Source: Escherichia phage vB_EcoM-RPN242
Length of the DNA stretch: 64,000 nucleotides
Sequence record: OL656110.1
Strand: one strand, 5' to 3'
The translations under genes were made by a program, and so were the position numbers. The number at the start of each line of letters is the position of its first letter. Within the stretch, counting starts at the first letter, position 1. Shown here piece by piece: positions 1-8,804 of this stretch. The notes beneath the pieces were generated by a model. It did no database searches. It saw only the letters and a program-made list of their open reading frames with translations, and had not been told where the DNA came from.

Positions 1-165
1 TGACTTGGTAAATAGGCGGACAACCCCGTCCCATTTAGAAAAGGGGTTGGGAACGAAGTTCGGGTCTTCGAATTTGAAGTAGTCATTAAGTTCTTCCCTG
101 ATAGAAAGATCTGCGATGCAACGCATGCGGACTTCGTTAACCTTAACAATCTGAATGTCTGCCAT
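1..165 (-). CDS. hypothetical late protein, N-terminal 55 codons only (gene continues beyond window start)
   Basis: ATG at 165-163 preceded by GGGAG and a CTAAATACCCC late-promoter motif; open frame MADIQIVKVNEVRMRCIADLSIREELNDYFKFEDPNFVPNPFSKWDGVVRLFTKS runs to position 1 with no stop. Absent from ORF track because truncated. Confidence 0.45.
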   Translation of the reverse strand, partial: MADIQIVKVNEVRMRCIADLSIREELNDYFKFEDPNFVPNPFSKWDGVVRLFTKS

Positions 166-186
166 ACAAAATCTCCCAAGGATTAT

Positions 187-197
187 GGGGTATTTAG
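187..197 (-). promoter_or_regulatory. T4-type late promoter motif CTAAATACCCC
   Basis: Minus-strand CTAAATACCCC; the TAA stop of ORF 194..940 lies inside the motif; followed by GGGAG and ATG at 165. Confidence 0.55.
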
Positions 198-940
198 TGA
201 TCCGGCCAGACTCCGTTTTGTTCTTTATCCATGCGATGATACAGACGAACACGCTCAAACATCTTTGTCAGAATGTCATCACGGTTGAACTCAATGACGG
301 TTGGTAGAGGGGAAGACTCGTTGGCGATCACGTTGATGAGGCGGGTGATCTTGACGCCGAACATCTGCTGGAACATGACCGAATATAAGCACAGCTGGAT
401 ACTGTAATCCTCGATCATGCCCCGCGTCTTCATGGTGTTCGATGTCTTGAAGTCGATGACAGCAGGTTTACCCTCATAAACCCCGATAAGGTCTACACGA
501 CCTGCAAGACCAAGCACCTCACTATATAATGGGATCTCCTGAGCATAGATCTTTGTCATCTTGTTCAGGTAAGGGAACAGCTGCTTGAACATGAACATGT
601 ATTCGCCAGCCGCTTCCAACACTTCTTTCATTGGGCGGTTCTTTAGATACAGTTCACACGCAAGGTGCAGCTTCTCCCCTCGGTCAGCACAGCGCATGGT
701 CTCAAGATCAGCGGCCTCTGCGCCCAGCTTCTTCCTCCAAGACTCAAGCCATTCATGATCTCCAGTGCGTCCCAGCATAGTCGTGACGGATGTCAGTTTT
801 ACACCAGACGGTGAAACGTAATGACGACCATTCTCCGTCGTAACACACTCCAGTTCCTTATGAGGAAGTTCGTATTGCTGGAATGTGTAATGACGGTTTT
901 CGAAGTCATTCAGCTTGCGTAGATCCTGGAGAGATGCCAT
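194..940 (-). CDS. hypothetical protein, 248 aa (weak PD-(D/E)xK-like D...E.K signature)
   Basis: ATG start with GAGGA upstream; segment GRVDLIGVYEGKPAVIDFKTS resembles a nuclease core but is unverified. Confidence 0.55.
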   Translation of the reverse strand: MASLQDLRKLNDFENRHYTFQQYELPHKELECVTTENGRHYVSPSGVKLTSVTTMLGRTGDHEWLESWRKKLGAEAADLETMRCADRGEKLHLACELYLKNRPMKEVLEAAGEYMFMFKQLFPYLNKMTKIYAQEIPLYSEVLGLAGRVDLIGVYEGKPAVIDFKTSNTMKTRGMIEDYSIQLCLYSVMFQQMFGVKITRLINVIANESSPLPTVIEFNRDDILTKMFERVRLYHRMDKEQNGVWPDH

Positions 941-955
941 TATGTGTGATCCTCG

Positions 956-1408
956 TTATACACCATCAATATATTTTCTCCACTCAATAGCATTTTTCAC
1001 TTCGTATCCCAGTTTGTTCAGGCGATCCAAACAAGTCTCTATGAACTTGACTTTTGCTTTTTGTTCTTGTAACAGAACAGACAACTCCACATAGTCATCG
1101 TCTGCTTTGACCCATGTATCTAGGTCAGACTTCAGGGGGCGAACCTTCAGGGGGCGATCTGCGTAGATGTTAGGGGGTAACTCCCCTGCATAGTAGCGGC
1201 GCAGATAGAGATCGATTTGGCGGAAGCGCCCGTTGAGAAATTCAAGATAACGTCCCTCGCGCAGATAATGCCGCTGTACAGCCATCCAAGAGCGCCCGAT
1301 TTTCAGTGAGATCTGGTCAAGGTTCATGTCTTCTGGGTCCACTGTGATCAGCGGCTCCAGTTCGTTCATGATGTCCTCGGTAGCCATTGTCTGTAGTTGT
1401 TCTTTCAT
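956..1408 (-). CDS. hypothetical protein, 150 aa
   Basis: ATG start; tightly packed behind downstream gene; no recognisable motif. Confidence 0.5.
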   Translation of the reverse strand: MKEQLQTMATEDIMNELEPLITVDPEDMNLDQISLKIGRSWMAVQRHYLREGRYLEFLNGRFRQIDLYLRRYYAGELPPNIYADRPLKVRPLKSDLDTWVKADDDYVELSVLLQEQKAKVKFIETCLDRLNKLGYEVKNAIEWRKYIDGV

Positions 1409-1450
1409 AAAATATCCCAGCTTGTCAATGTCATAGAATTATACCGCATT

Positions 1451-1951
1451 TCATGGATTAGAATCAATCGCCTTCCCAACAGATAGTGGAACCAGCTGTT
1501 GGAACTTGAAGGTCACTGTCGTCACCAGCTGAGGTACAGCCGCGTCTACGTCCACCAGTACGTTGTCCAAAGCAGTCGGGCGGGCTTCCTCCAGCACTAG
1601 AGTGAGGCCAATCGGTCGGTTGAGGTTATCCAGCAATTCAATGGTAATGTCCTTGCTGACAGGCAAATCCTTGCCGACGTTGCTGGTAATCCATTGGTGG
1701 ATCTGTAACCATGATTTCCAGTCCTCGTCTATAACGAAAGTAAATACGACGGGATCATAGGTTAAACGCTCTGAAGGTATAGAAACCAACACGTCACCAG
1801 GAGACGGACCATCGATGCCTTCGGAGTACACCCCTGGTATACTGAAGTCGTGGATGTTACGGGTTAGGAGTACAAGGTCTCCGATAGTCAGACGCCACTT
1901 ATCGGACGCCGCGAAATTAGGGTTTTCGTTCTTGAATTGTACGTTGGACAT
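1451..1951 (-). CDS. hypothetical (possibly structural) protein, 166 aa with the ATG at 1951
   Basis: Track ORF 1451..2254 starts at GTG; internal ATG (MSNVQFKNEN...) has AAAGGTG upstream. True start could be anywhere up to 2254. Confidence 0.4.
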   Translation of the reverse strand: MSNVQFKNENPNFAASDKWRLTIGDLVLLTRNIHDFSIPGVYSEGIDGPSPGDVLVSIPSERLTYDPVVFTFVIDEDWKSWLQIHQWITSNVGKDLPVSKDITIELLDNLNRPIGLTLVLEEARPTALDNVLVDVDAAVPQLVTTVTFKFQQLVPLSVGKAIDSNP

Positions 1952-2222
1952 AATAGCACCTTTGCTGTGGAGATATTTTGTGACCCTGATGCGCGGGATC
2001 AGTAGATTGTTGTTGGCATGCTCGATGCTCTTGTTTACGAGCTGTCGCATCTTTGTCACGCCAATAATTTCTGTTTCCGAACTCTGGAACCCAGAAGTGC
2101 GCACTGTACCTGTGACGTTGTCGGCCAGCGTTCCCACTTGTAACAAGGGTATGCTGGACATCATCGTGCAAGAGTTCCAGCCCTTCCAGAAGCTCGTACC
2201 TTTAGGTTGCTTTGATGAGAAC

Positions 2223-2630
2223 ATGAGCACCCTCAAGCCATACTGGAAGACCACAATTCCTCTCCTGCGGCATGGCGATGAAGGGAAGATTCCATACCTA
2301 TCAGCAAGTATTTATTACTCTCAGAACAACAGCATCATTATCACTTTTAATCCATCATTCCATGCCAAGCTGAAGCAACACATGGTTGGGCGACTGGATA
2401 CAACATCAGATATAATCGTGACGTTCAAGATCATGAATGACTCGGATAAACCAGTACGAATCGCAACTCAGGGTGTGTTCGTTAACAACGACGCGGTTGG
2501 AAATGGGATGAGTATCTTTGAAGTTAACCCAGGGGGAACGATCTTGATCAGACTGAGTAATGTGGGTGTGAACTCCCTGCTGTTGGATGGCATCGAACCA
2601 GTGGGAGTTCTTCCGGCGCGGGAGCACTGA
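2223..2630 (+). CDS. hypothetical protein, about 135 aa, on the opposite strand
   Basis: C-terminal two-thirds of plus ORF 1815..2630 looks protein-like (IIITFNPSF..., IVTFKIMNDSDKPVRIATQG...) while the overlapping minus frames are W/H-rich; start uncertain (2151 or 2223). Confidence 0.3.
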   Translation: MSTLKPYWKTTIPLLRHGDEGKIPYLSASIYYSQNNSIIITFNPSFHAKLKQHMVGRLDTTSDIIVTFKIMNDSDKPVRIATQGVFVNNDAVGNGMSIFEVNPGGTILIRLSNVGVNSLLLDGIEPVGVLPAREH

Positions 2631-3359
2631 TTACTTCAGCGCGTTCTTCAGATTATCGGAACCAATGCTGTTGATGACACCTCCGGCGCAGATATCTTTC
2701 GCCCACTCTGAGATCACGTTGGCAAAAGAGAAGTTAAGACACTTACCAACCATGTCTTGGATATGGGCTAACTCTGCTGCAATACCGTTCGTGATGTCCT
2801 GAGCAATAGAGGCTACTGATGCGACAGCAGTGTCGATGGCCTGAGTAACTTCAGCAGCCAGTGCCTGAATAGCATCAAGACCAGCACCGACGCCCTGAGC
2901 TACCAACTCAGCCAGCTCATTCATCTTGTTTGTGATAGTTGTGAGAACACTTTGCATGGTGTTGATCCACTGTTTGCCGAGGTTCTGAATAACCCCAAAT
3001 GCATTATTGATCAGATCACAGTTGTTCGGTTCTCGACCTATAGACTTCAGGGCGGACTTATACGACACAGATGTACCGATGCGGGAATATGCCTCGTTCA
3101 CTGACTGGTCGCCATAGTTGTTCAAAGTAGTGATGCTGTTGTTGGCTGAGTTGAACATTGCTGTAGATTCGTTGAGTTTGGCTGTAGTCAACCCACCTGC
3201 CGTCAGCGCTTCCTGAATCTGCGCATTTCCGGTGTTAGCCAGTGACGCTGTAGTCGCCTTACCACTGGTGATTAACCCCTGTGAGGCGCTGCTGAGGGAC
3301 GGGAGAGGATTGGTAAAGGCGTTGCCCTGTGATAGGGCGTCATAGATCTGTGCGTTCAT
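2631..3359 (-). CDS. late protein, Ala/Ser/Thr-rich, likely virion-associated, 242 aa
   Basis: Track start 3401 lies upstream of the late promoter; re-called to ATG at 3359 which follows GGGGGTATTTTCTT. Confidence 0.6.
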   Translation of the reverse strand: MNAQIYDALSQGNAFTNPLPSLSSASQGLITSGKATTASLANTGNAQIQEALTAGGLTTAKLNESTAMFNSANNSITTLNNYGDQSVNEAYSRIGTSVSYKSALKSIGREPNNCDLINNAFGVIQNLGKQWINTMQSVLTTITNKMNELAELVAQGVGAGLDAIQALAAEVTQAIDTAVASVASIAQDITNGIAAELAHIQDMVGKCLNFSFANVISEWAKDICAGGVINSIGSDNLKNALK

Positions 3360-3383
3360 AAGAAAATACCCCCATGGATGATG

Positions 3384-3394
3384 GGGGTATTTAG
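3384..3394 (-). promoter_or_regulatory. late promoter motif CTAAATACCCCC with inverted copy at the ribosome-binding site
   Basis: Minus strand reads CTAAATACCCCCATCATCCATGGGGGTATTTTCTT-ATG; 11-12 bp inverted repeat AATACCCCCAT / ATGGGGGTATT. Confidence 0.6.
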
Positions 3395-3608
3395 GGATCA
3401 TGGTAGTTTGTAAACGAAGTTGGACCAGAACTTACGAACAAACTTCTTGACATAAACCATTCGGTTGGCGTATTCCCCATCCTTCAGGTCATTGTAGGTC
3501 TCGATCCCTACCGCGCCCAAGAAGTACGCCGTGAAGATATAGCAGAACAGATTGATGACGACAAACATGATGTATCTCCGCTGTGTGTACTCAATTATTT
3601 ATGGTATG

Positions 3609-4031
3609 TTACAAAAGGCGCTTGGTCTTCGGCTTACCCATTAGAGTGATATCCACAGGCAGGCCAGCTTTCTTGCAACGGTTGATCATGTCCAGGGTGC
3701 CAGTGGACGAACCATCCCACATCGCAATCGGATACACTTCCAGCTTGGTCTGTCTGACGAGATCCAATGCCTTGTCTAACATGTCCTGATTGCGTTTGTT
3801 GCCCATCCCTTTCCCATACTTTTCATAATAGCTCGGAGGTATTGGCATAGGAGTGATATGAACATAATTGATTTCAGCCCAGTCACGGCAAATCTTGTCC
3901 ACACCAGAGGCTTCACCCTCAATCAGTGTATAGACCTCACGAGGATCGAGGAGTTCGTCCAGCTTGGCGAATACCTTATCCCGCTCGGTGATTGAGCGGG
4001 AACCCGTAATGAGAACGATATACTTCTTCAT
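3609..4031 (-). CDS. hypothetical protein, possible Rossmann-like SLOG/DUF2493-type fold
   Basis: MKKYIVLITGSRSIT...LIEGEASGVDKICRDWA pattern; start at 4031 or 4049. Confidence 0.45.
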   Translation of the reverse strand: MKKYIVLITGSRSITERDKVFAKLDELLDPREVYTLIEGEASGVDKICRDWAEINYVHITPMPIPPSYYEKYGKGMGNKRNQDMLDKALDLVRQTKLEVYPIAMWDGSSTGTLDMINRCKKAGLPVDITLMGKPKTKRLL

Positions 4032-4035
4032 AGAA

Positions 4036-4356
4036 TCACAGCGCCCCAAGATTGCCGATTACGTACAGGGAGCACAGAGGAGTACCTGACGAACGAGGTT
4101 CGATCGTCATCCCGCTCAGGCGGATCAGTTCCAGTAAGCCGTCAGTGGTCTGATACGCGCGTGTCGAACCGTTCGGTCGATATAGCTCCAGCTCAGTTCG
4201 CCCTTCCTTTATTGCATTTCGAATGCGAGTGAACACACTGTGGTCGCCGAACTTCTGTTTCAGAAGATCCAGCTTGGTGGTCAGGCGGCGACGTGGTTTG
4301 CGCGCACGAGGGTTCTCTTTTACGACCGCTTCTAAAATCGGGATGCTGTTAGCCAT
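4036..4356 (-). CDS. hypothetical protein, 106 aa
   Basis: ATG with AGAGGA upstream. Confidence 0.5.
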   Translation of the reverse strand: MANSIPILEAVVKENPRARKPRRRLTTKLDLLKQKFGDHSVFTRIRNAIKEGRTELELYRPNGSTRAYQTTDGLLELIRLSGMTIEPRSSGTPLCSLYVIGNLGAL

Positions 4357-4512
4357 GATAAAGTCCTCTATTTGTAGGGGATAGGGTATGCGGTTAACAT
4401 ACCCTGTTCAAAGGTTTAGAACAAATTGCTGCAATGTTACTTTGTAACGAGAGTGGTGATAGTTCCTTCATTTCAGAGTCAGTGTTGTGCTGCTTATGGA
4501 ATGAAGTATACG

Positions 4513-4545
4513 GGGTTTATTGAAGAATTAAACCCCGTATATTGA
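4513..4545. terminator. perfect 12-bp hairpin atacggggttta...taaaccccgtat in a 200-bp intergenic region
   Basis: Inverted repeat read directly; contains the recurrent TTCTTCAATAAA motif on the minus strand; sits just past the end of 4559..4795. Confidence 0.4.
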
Positions 4546-4558
4546 ATAAATTTAAAAT

Positions 4559-4795
4559 TTATTTGAAGCGATCAGGAAGGGTGTCGTGAACCTCGGCGCT
4601 CAGCACCAGAAACTTACCATCCGTCGTTGGGAAGCAATAGTCTTTCTTGATGTGACGCAAGTGTTCAGCTACAGCTGCTACGCAGTCATCTGTCACGTCG
4701 GTCTTCTCACCAACCCACATGCTGGTTTTGGTGTTCAACCTGCCCTGGAATATAGTACCAGTGAGAGGACTTGCGCCGATCTTTTTGATAATCAT
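4559..4795 (-). CDS. hypothetical protein, 78 aa
   Basis: ORF in gene-dense minus-strand block. Confidence 0.45.
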   Translation of the reverse strand: MIIKKIGASPLTGTIFQGRLNTKTSMWVGEKTDVTDDCVAAVAEHLRHIKKDYCFPTTDGKFLVLSAEVHDTLPDRFK

Positions 4796-4803
4796 GTTTA
4801 ACC

Positions 4804-5247
4804 TCAGTTGTTAACGCGGAATGCCGCCGGATACCCACCTGGATGCCCTTCTCCGGTCACGAAGACCTCGTACCGGGCACCTTTAACCAAACCAGGCAAA
4901 TTGCCTGAGTCAAGCAGATAGCGGATTTTATCCATAGTCTCCATCCAGGACTTAGCAGGTTCGGCCTCGGCCTCCCCACGGTTGATTTTGATCACACCCT
5001 CTGAATAATACTTCCCATTGTCCTTCATGTAGTACAGCTTGACATCGATAAACTGTGGGGATGGAACTTCTGTCCAACCCTCATCGTTCAAATCCTGGCG
5101 ATCATTGTCGAAACTCTGAAAATCAACATCACCGCATGCCAGGCGATAATCTTTGAATTTACGGAAACCTTCCACCTTGTCCCCAACGGAGCTACGGAAG
5201 AACTGTTTCTTGGCGGGACTAATGAAAATGAAATTCTTGTCACACAT
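4804..5247 (-). CDS. hypothetical protein, 147 aa
   Basis: Track start is TTG at 5268; ATG at 5247 has AAAGGAAGG 9 nt upstream. Confidence 0.5.
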   Translation of the reverse strand: MCDKNFIFISPAKKQFFRSSVGDKVEGFRKFKDYRLACGDVDFQSFDNDRQDLNDEGWTEVPSPQFIDVKLYYMKDNGKYYSEGVIKINRGEAEAEPAKSWMETMDKIRYLLDSGNLPGLVKGARYEVFVTGEGHPGGYPAAFRVNN

Positions 5248-5264
5248 GATATAGATCCTTCCTT

Positions 5265-5489
5265 TCAAAGAATGTTGTGTTCGTCGATATCGGACTGCGT
5301 TGCAATCTCCCAGCGGACGATGTTCTCGGTTGTGACGAAATCACGGTTCAGGTGAGAGGCTGGCACATACACCATCGTGTCGACCATGAAGTAACACTGC
5401 TCATTGTTACAAGAATCAACGTAAACCTCGATGAGGCACACCTCGGCAACACCGGCTTTCGGCTTCTTCACGATCTTTTTCAAGTACAT
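5265..5489 (-). CDS. hypothetical protein, 74 aa
   Basis: ATG start, GAGGG upstream. Confidence 0.45.
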   Translation of the reverse strand: MYLKKIVKKPKAGVAEVCLIEVYVDSCNNEQCYFMVDTMVYVPASHLNRDFVTTENIVRWEIATQSDIDEHNIL

Positions 5490-5514
5490 GGTACAACCCT
5501 CGGATAAGTAGACG

Positions 5515-5546
5515 GGGCAATAATACCTCTCGCCCCGTTATTGAAA
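5515..5546. repeat. 32-nt intergenic repeat, copy 1 (gggcaataatacctctcgccccgttattgaaa)
   Basis: Identical 32-mer recurs at 5775-5806, exactly 260 nt away; contains a hairpin. Confidence 0.7.
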
Positions 5547-5549
5547 CTG

Positions 5550-5750
5550 TTATCCTTCTTGTTCTTCCCAACCCCATTCATCTTCCCAAGACTGGCGAGG
5601 GGTCTTGCCTGCTTCGTAATCATCACGCCAGGCGTCGGCGTCGGCGGCTGAACCGCCCTGGCTTTTCGCGACTTTGCATAATACGTCGTGCCACTCACGG
5701 AAAGTGGAGTTGGCGACTGTGGTGTTTACAGAATCTTCTTTCAGGCTCAT
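5550..5750 (-). CDS. hypothetical acidic, Trp-rich protein, 66 aa
   Basis: Track start is TTG inside repeat copy 2; ATG at 5750 has GAGGAAATCACA upstream. Confidence 0.4.
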   Translation of the reverse strand: MSLKEDSVNTTVANSTFREWHDVLCKVAKSQGGSAADADAWRDDYEAGKTPRQSWEDEWGWEEQEG

Positions 5751-5774
5751 TGTGATTTCCTCGATTAATAGAGA

Positions 5775-5806
5775 GGGCAATAATACCTCTCGCCCCGTTA
5801 TTGAAA
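5775..5806. repeat. 32-nt intergenic repeat, copy 2
   Basis: Identical to 5515-5546. Confidence 0.7.
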
Positions 5807-5813
5807 TGTTCTT

Positions 5814-7286
5814 TTAGTTCAAGACATATTTGATCAGTCCACAATTCCAAATCCTGACCAACCCGGCTTCGGTTGCTAACTGGCTTTCTGTTTTGCCTTC
5901 TACGTCATACCCCATGCGAGCAAATGAACCTTTTCTGAAACCGAATTTGTGCTCACGCATAAATGTGCCAGGCTTGTGATATTTGTAGTCTGGCTTCTGT
6001 ACTTCCTCTTCTATGAATCCGTGGGATAGGTAAATGTTGGACAACCTGCTTACAACACACCTATCCCCAAAGGAATAGATTTTGGTGTCGGCAAATTTTC
6101 TTCTGAAGTGTGAAAGAAGTTTACTGAATGCCCCGTGGCAATCATTAGAGGCAAATCTGACTAATTCCAGGCCATCTTTCCTTTTAGTGAATAGCATCAC
6201 GGCTTGTATGACCCCACTCTTGTCAATTAACGATAAATGGTGGGTGGAAGAAACGGAACCTTGTATGTGGTGGTTGTCTAAAAACTCCCTCAAGCCGCTT
6301 ATATTTCCCCAAACGACTTTGTGTTGGCGAGCATATGACGCAGGCGTTTTAATGCCAAGTTTAGCTTTCAGAAGAGATTTGACCACTTCCTGTTTCTCAA
6401 CCCATTCATCTTCCCAGATGTGGATCAACTGGATACCCTGAGATTCACATATTTCAGTCTTTTCCAGGTGATAATATTTCTCTTTAAAAACTTCTGAATG
6501 CCAGTACAGGCCATTAAATTCAATCGCCAATTTGTGTTCAGGGCAATAGATATCCAGTTGTTTACCGGATAATATACTGTAATCAGAAACAGTGTTTACA
6601 ACTCCCATTGAGGTGAGAAACTCGGATATTTCCTTTTCATAAGAAGATTTCTTGTTCCTGATAGAACCATTGCTGAACAACGCACGTTTTAGTATGTTCG
6701 AGTTTTTCATAGGGTTGTCAACACCATAACGTTCTTGTAACGTTGCCAACGCCTTCTCCCTCACACCAGGTAATTGTAGTGTGGAGCAGCTTCCGTATTT
6801 GGATATATTCGAAGTCTCTATGGCTTTCCGACCAATCCCACCTTTACACATAGAAACCTGATAACATTCTTCAGAACAATATGTTCTGTAATCTTTATTA
6901 TTGATATAAAAGTTGGTTTCCTTGGAACACACCGGGCATATTTTCACGGTTCTATTGTACAGCCAAGCTGTGACTTTACAAGCCAAATCTTGTAGGGTGT
7001 TGTGGGTATTGGCGAACGCTAAAAGGTCTACATTGATGTGCTTCATAAGCAGTTCAGATTTGCATTTTTGGATATCCAATTTGTTGTTCTTGGTAAACAT
7101 ATATTTGTAGAAAAATTGGCGATATGATTCCTCGTCAGACAATTCATTCACTGCTTCAAGGAAACCTTCCGGGAGGTTCTTTAGGGTGTTCGATGCGAAG
7201 GTCTTGCAAGCATCTGAACAAAATTTCTTATCTTTCCTGGATGCTTTGAACTGTTCATGGCAGACACTACAGATTACCTGATACAT
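5814..7286 (-). CDS. putative free-standing homing-endonuclease-like protein with Vsr/DUF559-type nuclease motif and two Cys-pair zinc-finger-like elements
   Basis: LAIEFNGLYWHSE matches the Vsr-family (F/I)xDGxxWH signature; CSVCHEQF...CSDAC and CPVCSKE...CSEEC pairs; sits next to the capsid gene as segD does in T4. Track start 7382 runs through the terminator hairpin; re-called to ATG at 7286 (GGAGGAG upstream). Confidence 0.55.
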   Translation of the reverse strand: MYQVICSVCHEQFKASRKDKKFCSDACKTFASNTLKNLPEGFLEAVNELSDEESYRQFFYKYMFTKNNKLDIQKCKSELLMKHINVDLLAFANTHNTLQDLACKVTAWLYNRTVKICPVCSKETNFYINNKDYRTYCSEECYQVSMCKGGIGRKAIETSNISKYGSCSTLQLPGVREKALATLQERYGVDNPMKNSNILKRALFSNGSIRNKKSSYEKEISEFLTSMGVVNTVSDYSILSGKQLDIYCPEHKLAIEFNGLYWHSEVFKEKYYHLEKTEICESQGIQLIHIWEDEWVEKQEVVKSLLKAKLGIKTPASYARQHKVVWGNISGLREFLDNHHIQGSVSSTHHLSLIDKSGVIQAVMLFTKRKDGLELVRFASNDCHGAFSKLLSHFRRKFADTKIYSFGDRCVVSRLSNIYLSHGFIEEEVQKPDYKYHKPGTFMREHKFGFRKGSFARMGYDVEGKTESQLATEAGLVRIWNCGLIKYVLN

Positions 7287-7335
7287 AATTATTCTCCTCC
7301 ATATGGTATCTAGTATAACCTGTTCGATAATATGA

Positions 7336-7363
7336 ACAAATAAAAACCCCGCCGAAGCGGGGT
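7336..7363 (-). terminator. rho-independent terminator after the capsid gene
   Basis: Minus strand: hairpin CCCCGCTTCGGCGGGG followed by TTTTTATTTGTT. Confidence 0.7.
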
Positions 7364-7390
7364 TTGTCAGGGTTAAGGACAACTATTCGA

Positions 7391-8713
7391 TTAGAAAAGT
7401 CCCTTAATTAACCCTTTGCGGAAATACACGTTGCTGTCCTTGGCGATACCATCCGCAGTCACATAGACCTGTGGATCCTGGTTCGCTGGGATCTGAACGA
7501 ATGGGTTAGCACAAATCCCGTAGCGGGTCTTGAATGCCATACGTGGTGCGAAGGTGGTTTCACCCTGGGTGCGGTACATTTCCAGCGGTACATACGGTGC
7601 GAAGAAGATACCAGCGTCCAGCGCGGTTGCGCCTTTGTATGCCAGGGTGATGTATTCTGCTACTGCATACGGGTCGATGTAGACACGCATACCGTTAGAC
7701 AGCACACCAGCGAAGGTCTGGCCAGTCGGATCAATCGCCAGCTTGGTGTTTTCCTGCAGCGCCGGAGCATAATCCAGCATGCCGGACATCGCCAGAGCGG
7801 ATGCTACGTTCGGAGAACACAGAACACGGTTGCCTTTACCACGACGGGTATCAACACCGATGCCGTTCGCTTCAACTTCCAGCATGAAAGTCATGTACTT
7901 CCATTTTTCCAGCGCCCAACGACCGGAGATGTCAGTGGAGATATCTACGATACCATTGGTGCCGAATTTTTTGAAGCGTACTGCGCTGAAGTTCATGGTG
8001 CGGATAAACTCACGGTTCATCTCTGCCTGAATTTCAGTTACCATCACGTCGGACAGGATGCTGTCAACGTCTTCGCCGTGGATCGCCATCATGTCCTGGC
8101 GCAGTTCGTGGCTGTAGTCAGCGTACAGGCCACGAGACTTCGCAGTCACGGTTGCTTTCTGAACGGTGATACCAACACGTGCCCATGGGTTGGTGGTGGT
8201 GCCCAGCAGTTCGGCGTCGGTAGTTGACATACCTTTACCGATGGTGGTAGCAGCGCCGGAACCTTCGATCTCAGTCTGGGAGAAGCCAGATGGGTCGCCA
8301 GCCTGTGCAGTGTCGTCACCAGAGTAGCCAGAATCAGCTTCCTGCATGAACAGTTCTTTACGGGAATGTTGGGTGTTGGAGCCGCCGTCTGAAATGCCCT
8401 GGCGAGCACGCAGTGCGAAGATCTGACCGTCAGGACCAGACAACGGCTGAACGCCGAAGAAGTCCATCGCGATGTTGACCGGAGCCAGACGTTTGGCCAT
8501 GTCGATCAGGACTGGCTGCCATTTGCCCACAGAGGCGTTCACGGAGCCAGGAGCGTCAGATTCGCCCAGGTTTTTGGCGTTCCACTCAGCCTGGTTTTGC
8601 AGCAGACGGACGGCAACGTTTTCGGCAGAAAGCGGCTGGATGCTTTCAGATTCTTTCTGAAGAACTGGCAGCCACTGCTCGCGCATTTGTTCGGTAACAA
8701 GTTTCTTAGCCAT
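7391..8713 (-). CDS. major capsid protein (T4 gp23-like)
   Basis: 440 aa; follows scaffold, protease and portal in T4 order; ATG at 8713 has TAAGGAA upstream. Confidence 0.75.
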   Translation of the reverse strand: MAKKLVTEQMREQWLPVLQKESESIQPLSAENVAVRLLQNQAEWNAKNLGESDAPGSVNASVGKWQPVLIDMAKRLAPVNIAMDFFGVQPLSGPDGQIFALRARQGISDGGSNTQHSRKELFMQEADSGYSGDDTAQAGDPSGFSQTEIEGSGAATTIGKGMSTTDAELLGTTTNPWARVGITVQKATVTAKSRGLYADYSHELRQDMMAIHGEDVDSILSDVMVTEIQAEMNREFIRTMNFSAVRFKKFGTNGIVDISTDISGRWALEKWKYMTFMLEVEANGIGVDTRRGKGNRVLCSPNVASALAMSGMLDYAPALQENTKLAIDPTGQTFAGVLSNGMRVYIDPYAVAEYITLAYKGATALDAGIFFAPYVPLEMYRTQGETTFAPRMAFKTRYGICANPFVQIPANQDPQVYVTADGIAKDSNVYFRKGLIKGLF

Positions 8714-8804
8714 GATGGTCATTCCTTACATTGATATTCAGTTAAGTTGAAATTACTTAGTAGTTCAAAATCAAGCCCCCTTTCGAGGGCTGTGGCTGCT
8801 AAAA

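Noticed and set aside
1815-2150. N-terminal third of plus ORF 1815..2630
   Set aside because: Translation is hydrophobic, Cys/Trp/Arg-rich and antisense to a protein-like minus frame; only the region after about 2223 is kept as a low-confidence plus-strand gene.
5480-5698. 72-aa minus ORF overlapping 5550..5750 in another frame
   Set aside because: Low-complexity Pro/Thr/Gly-rich translation with no ribosome-binding site; the overlapping frame has a better start context.
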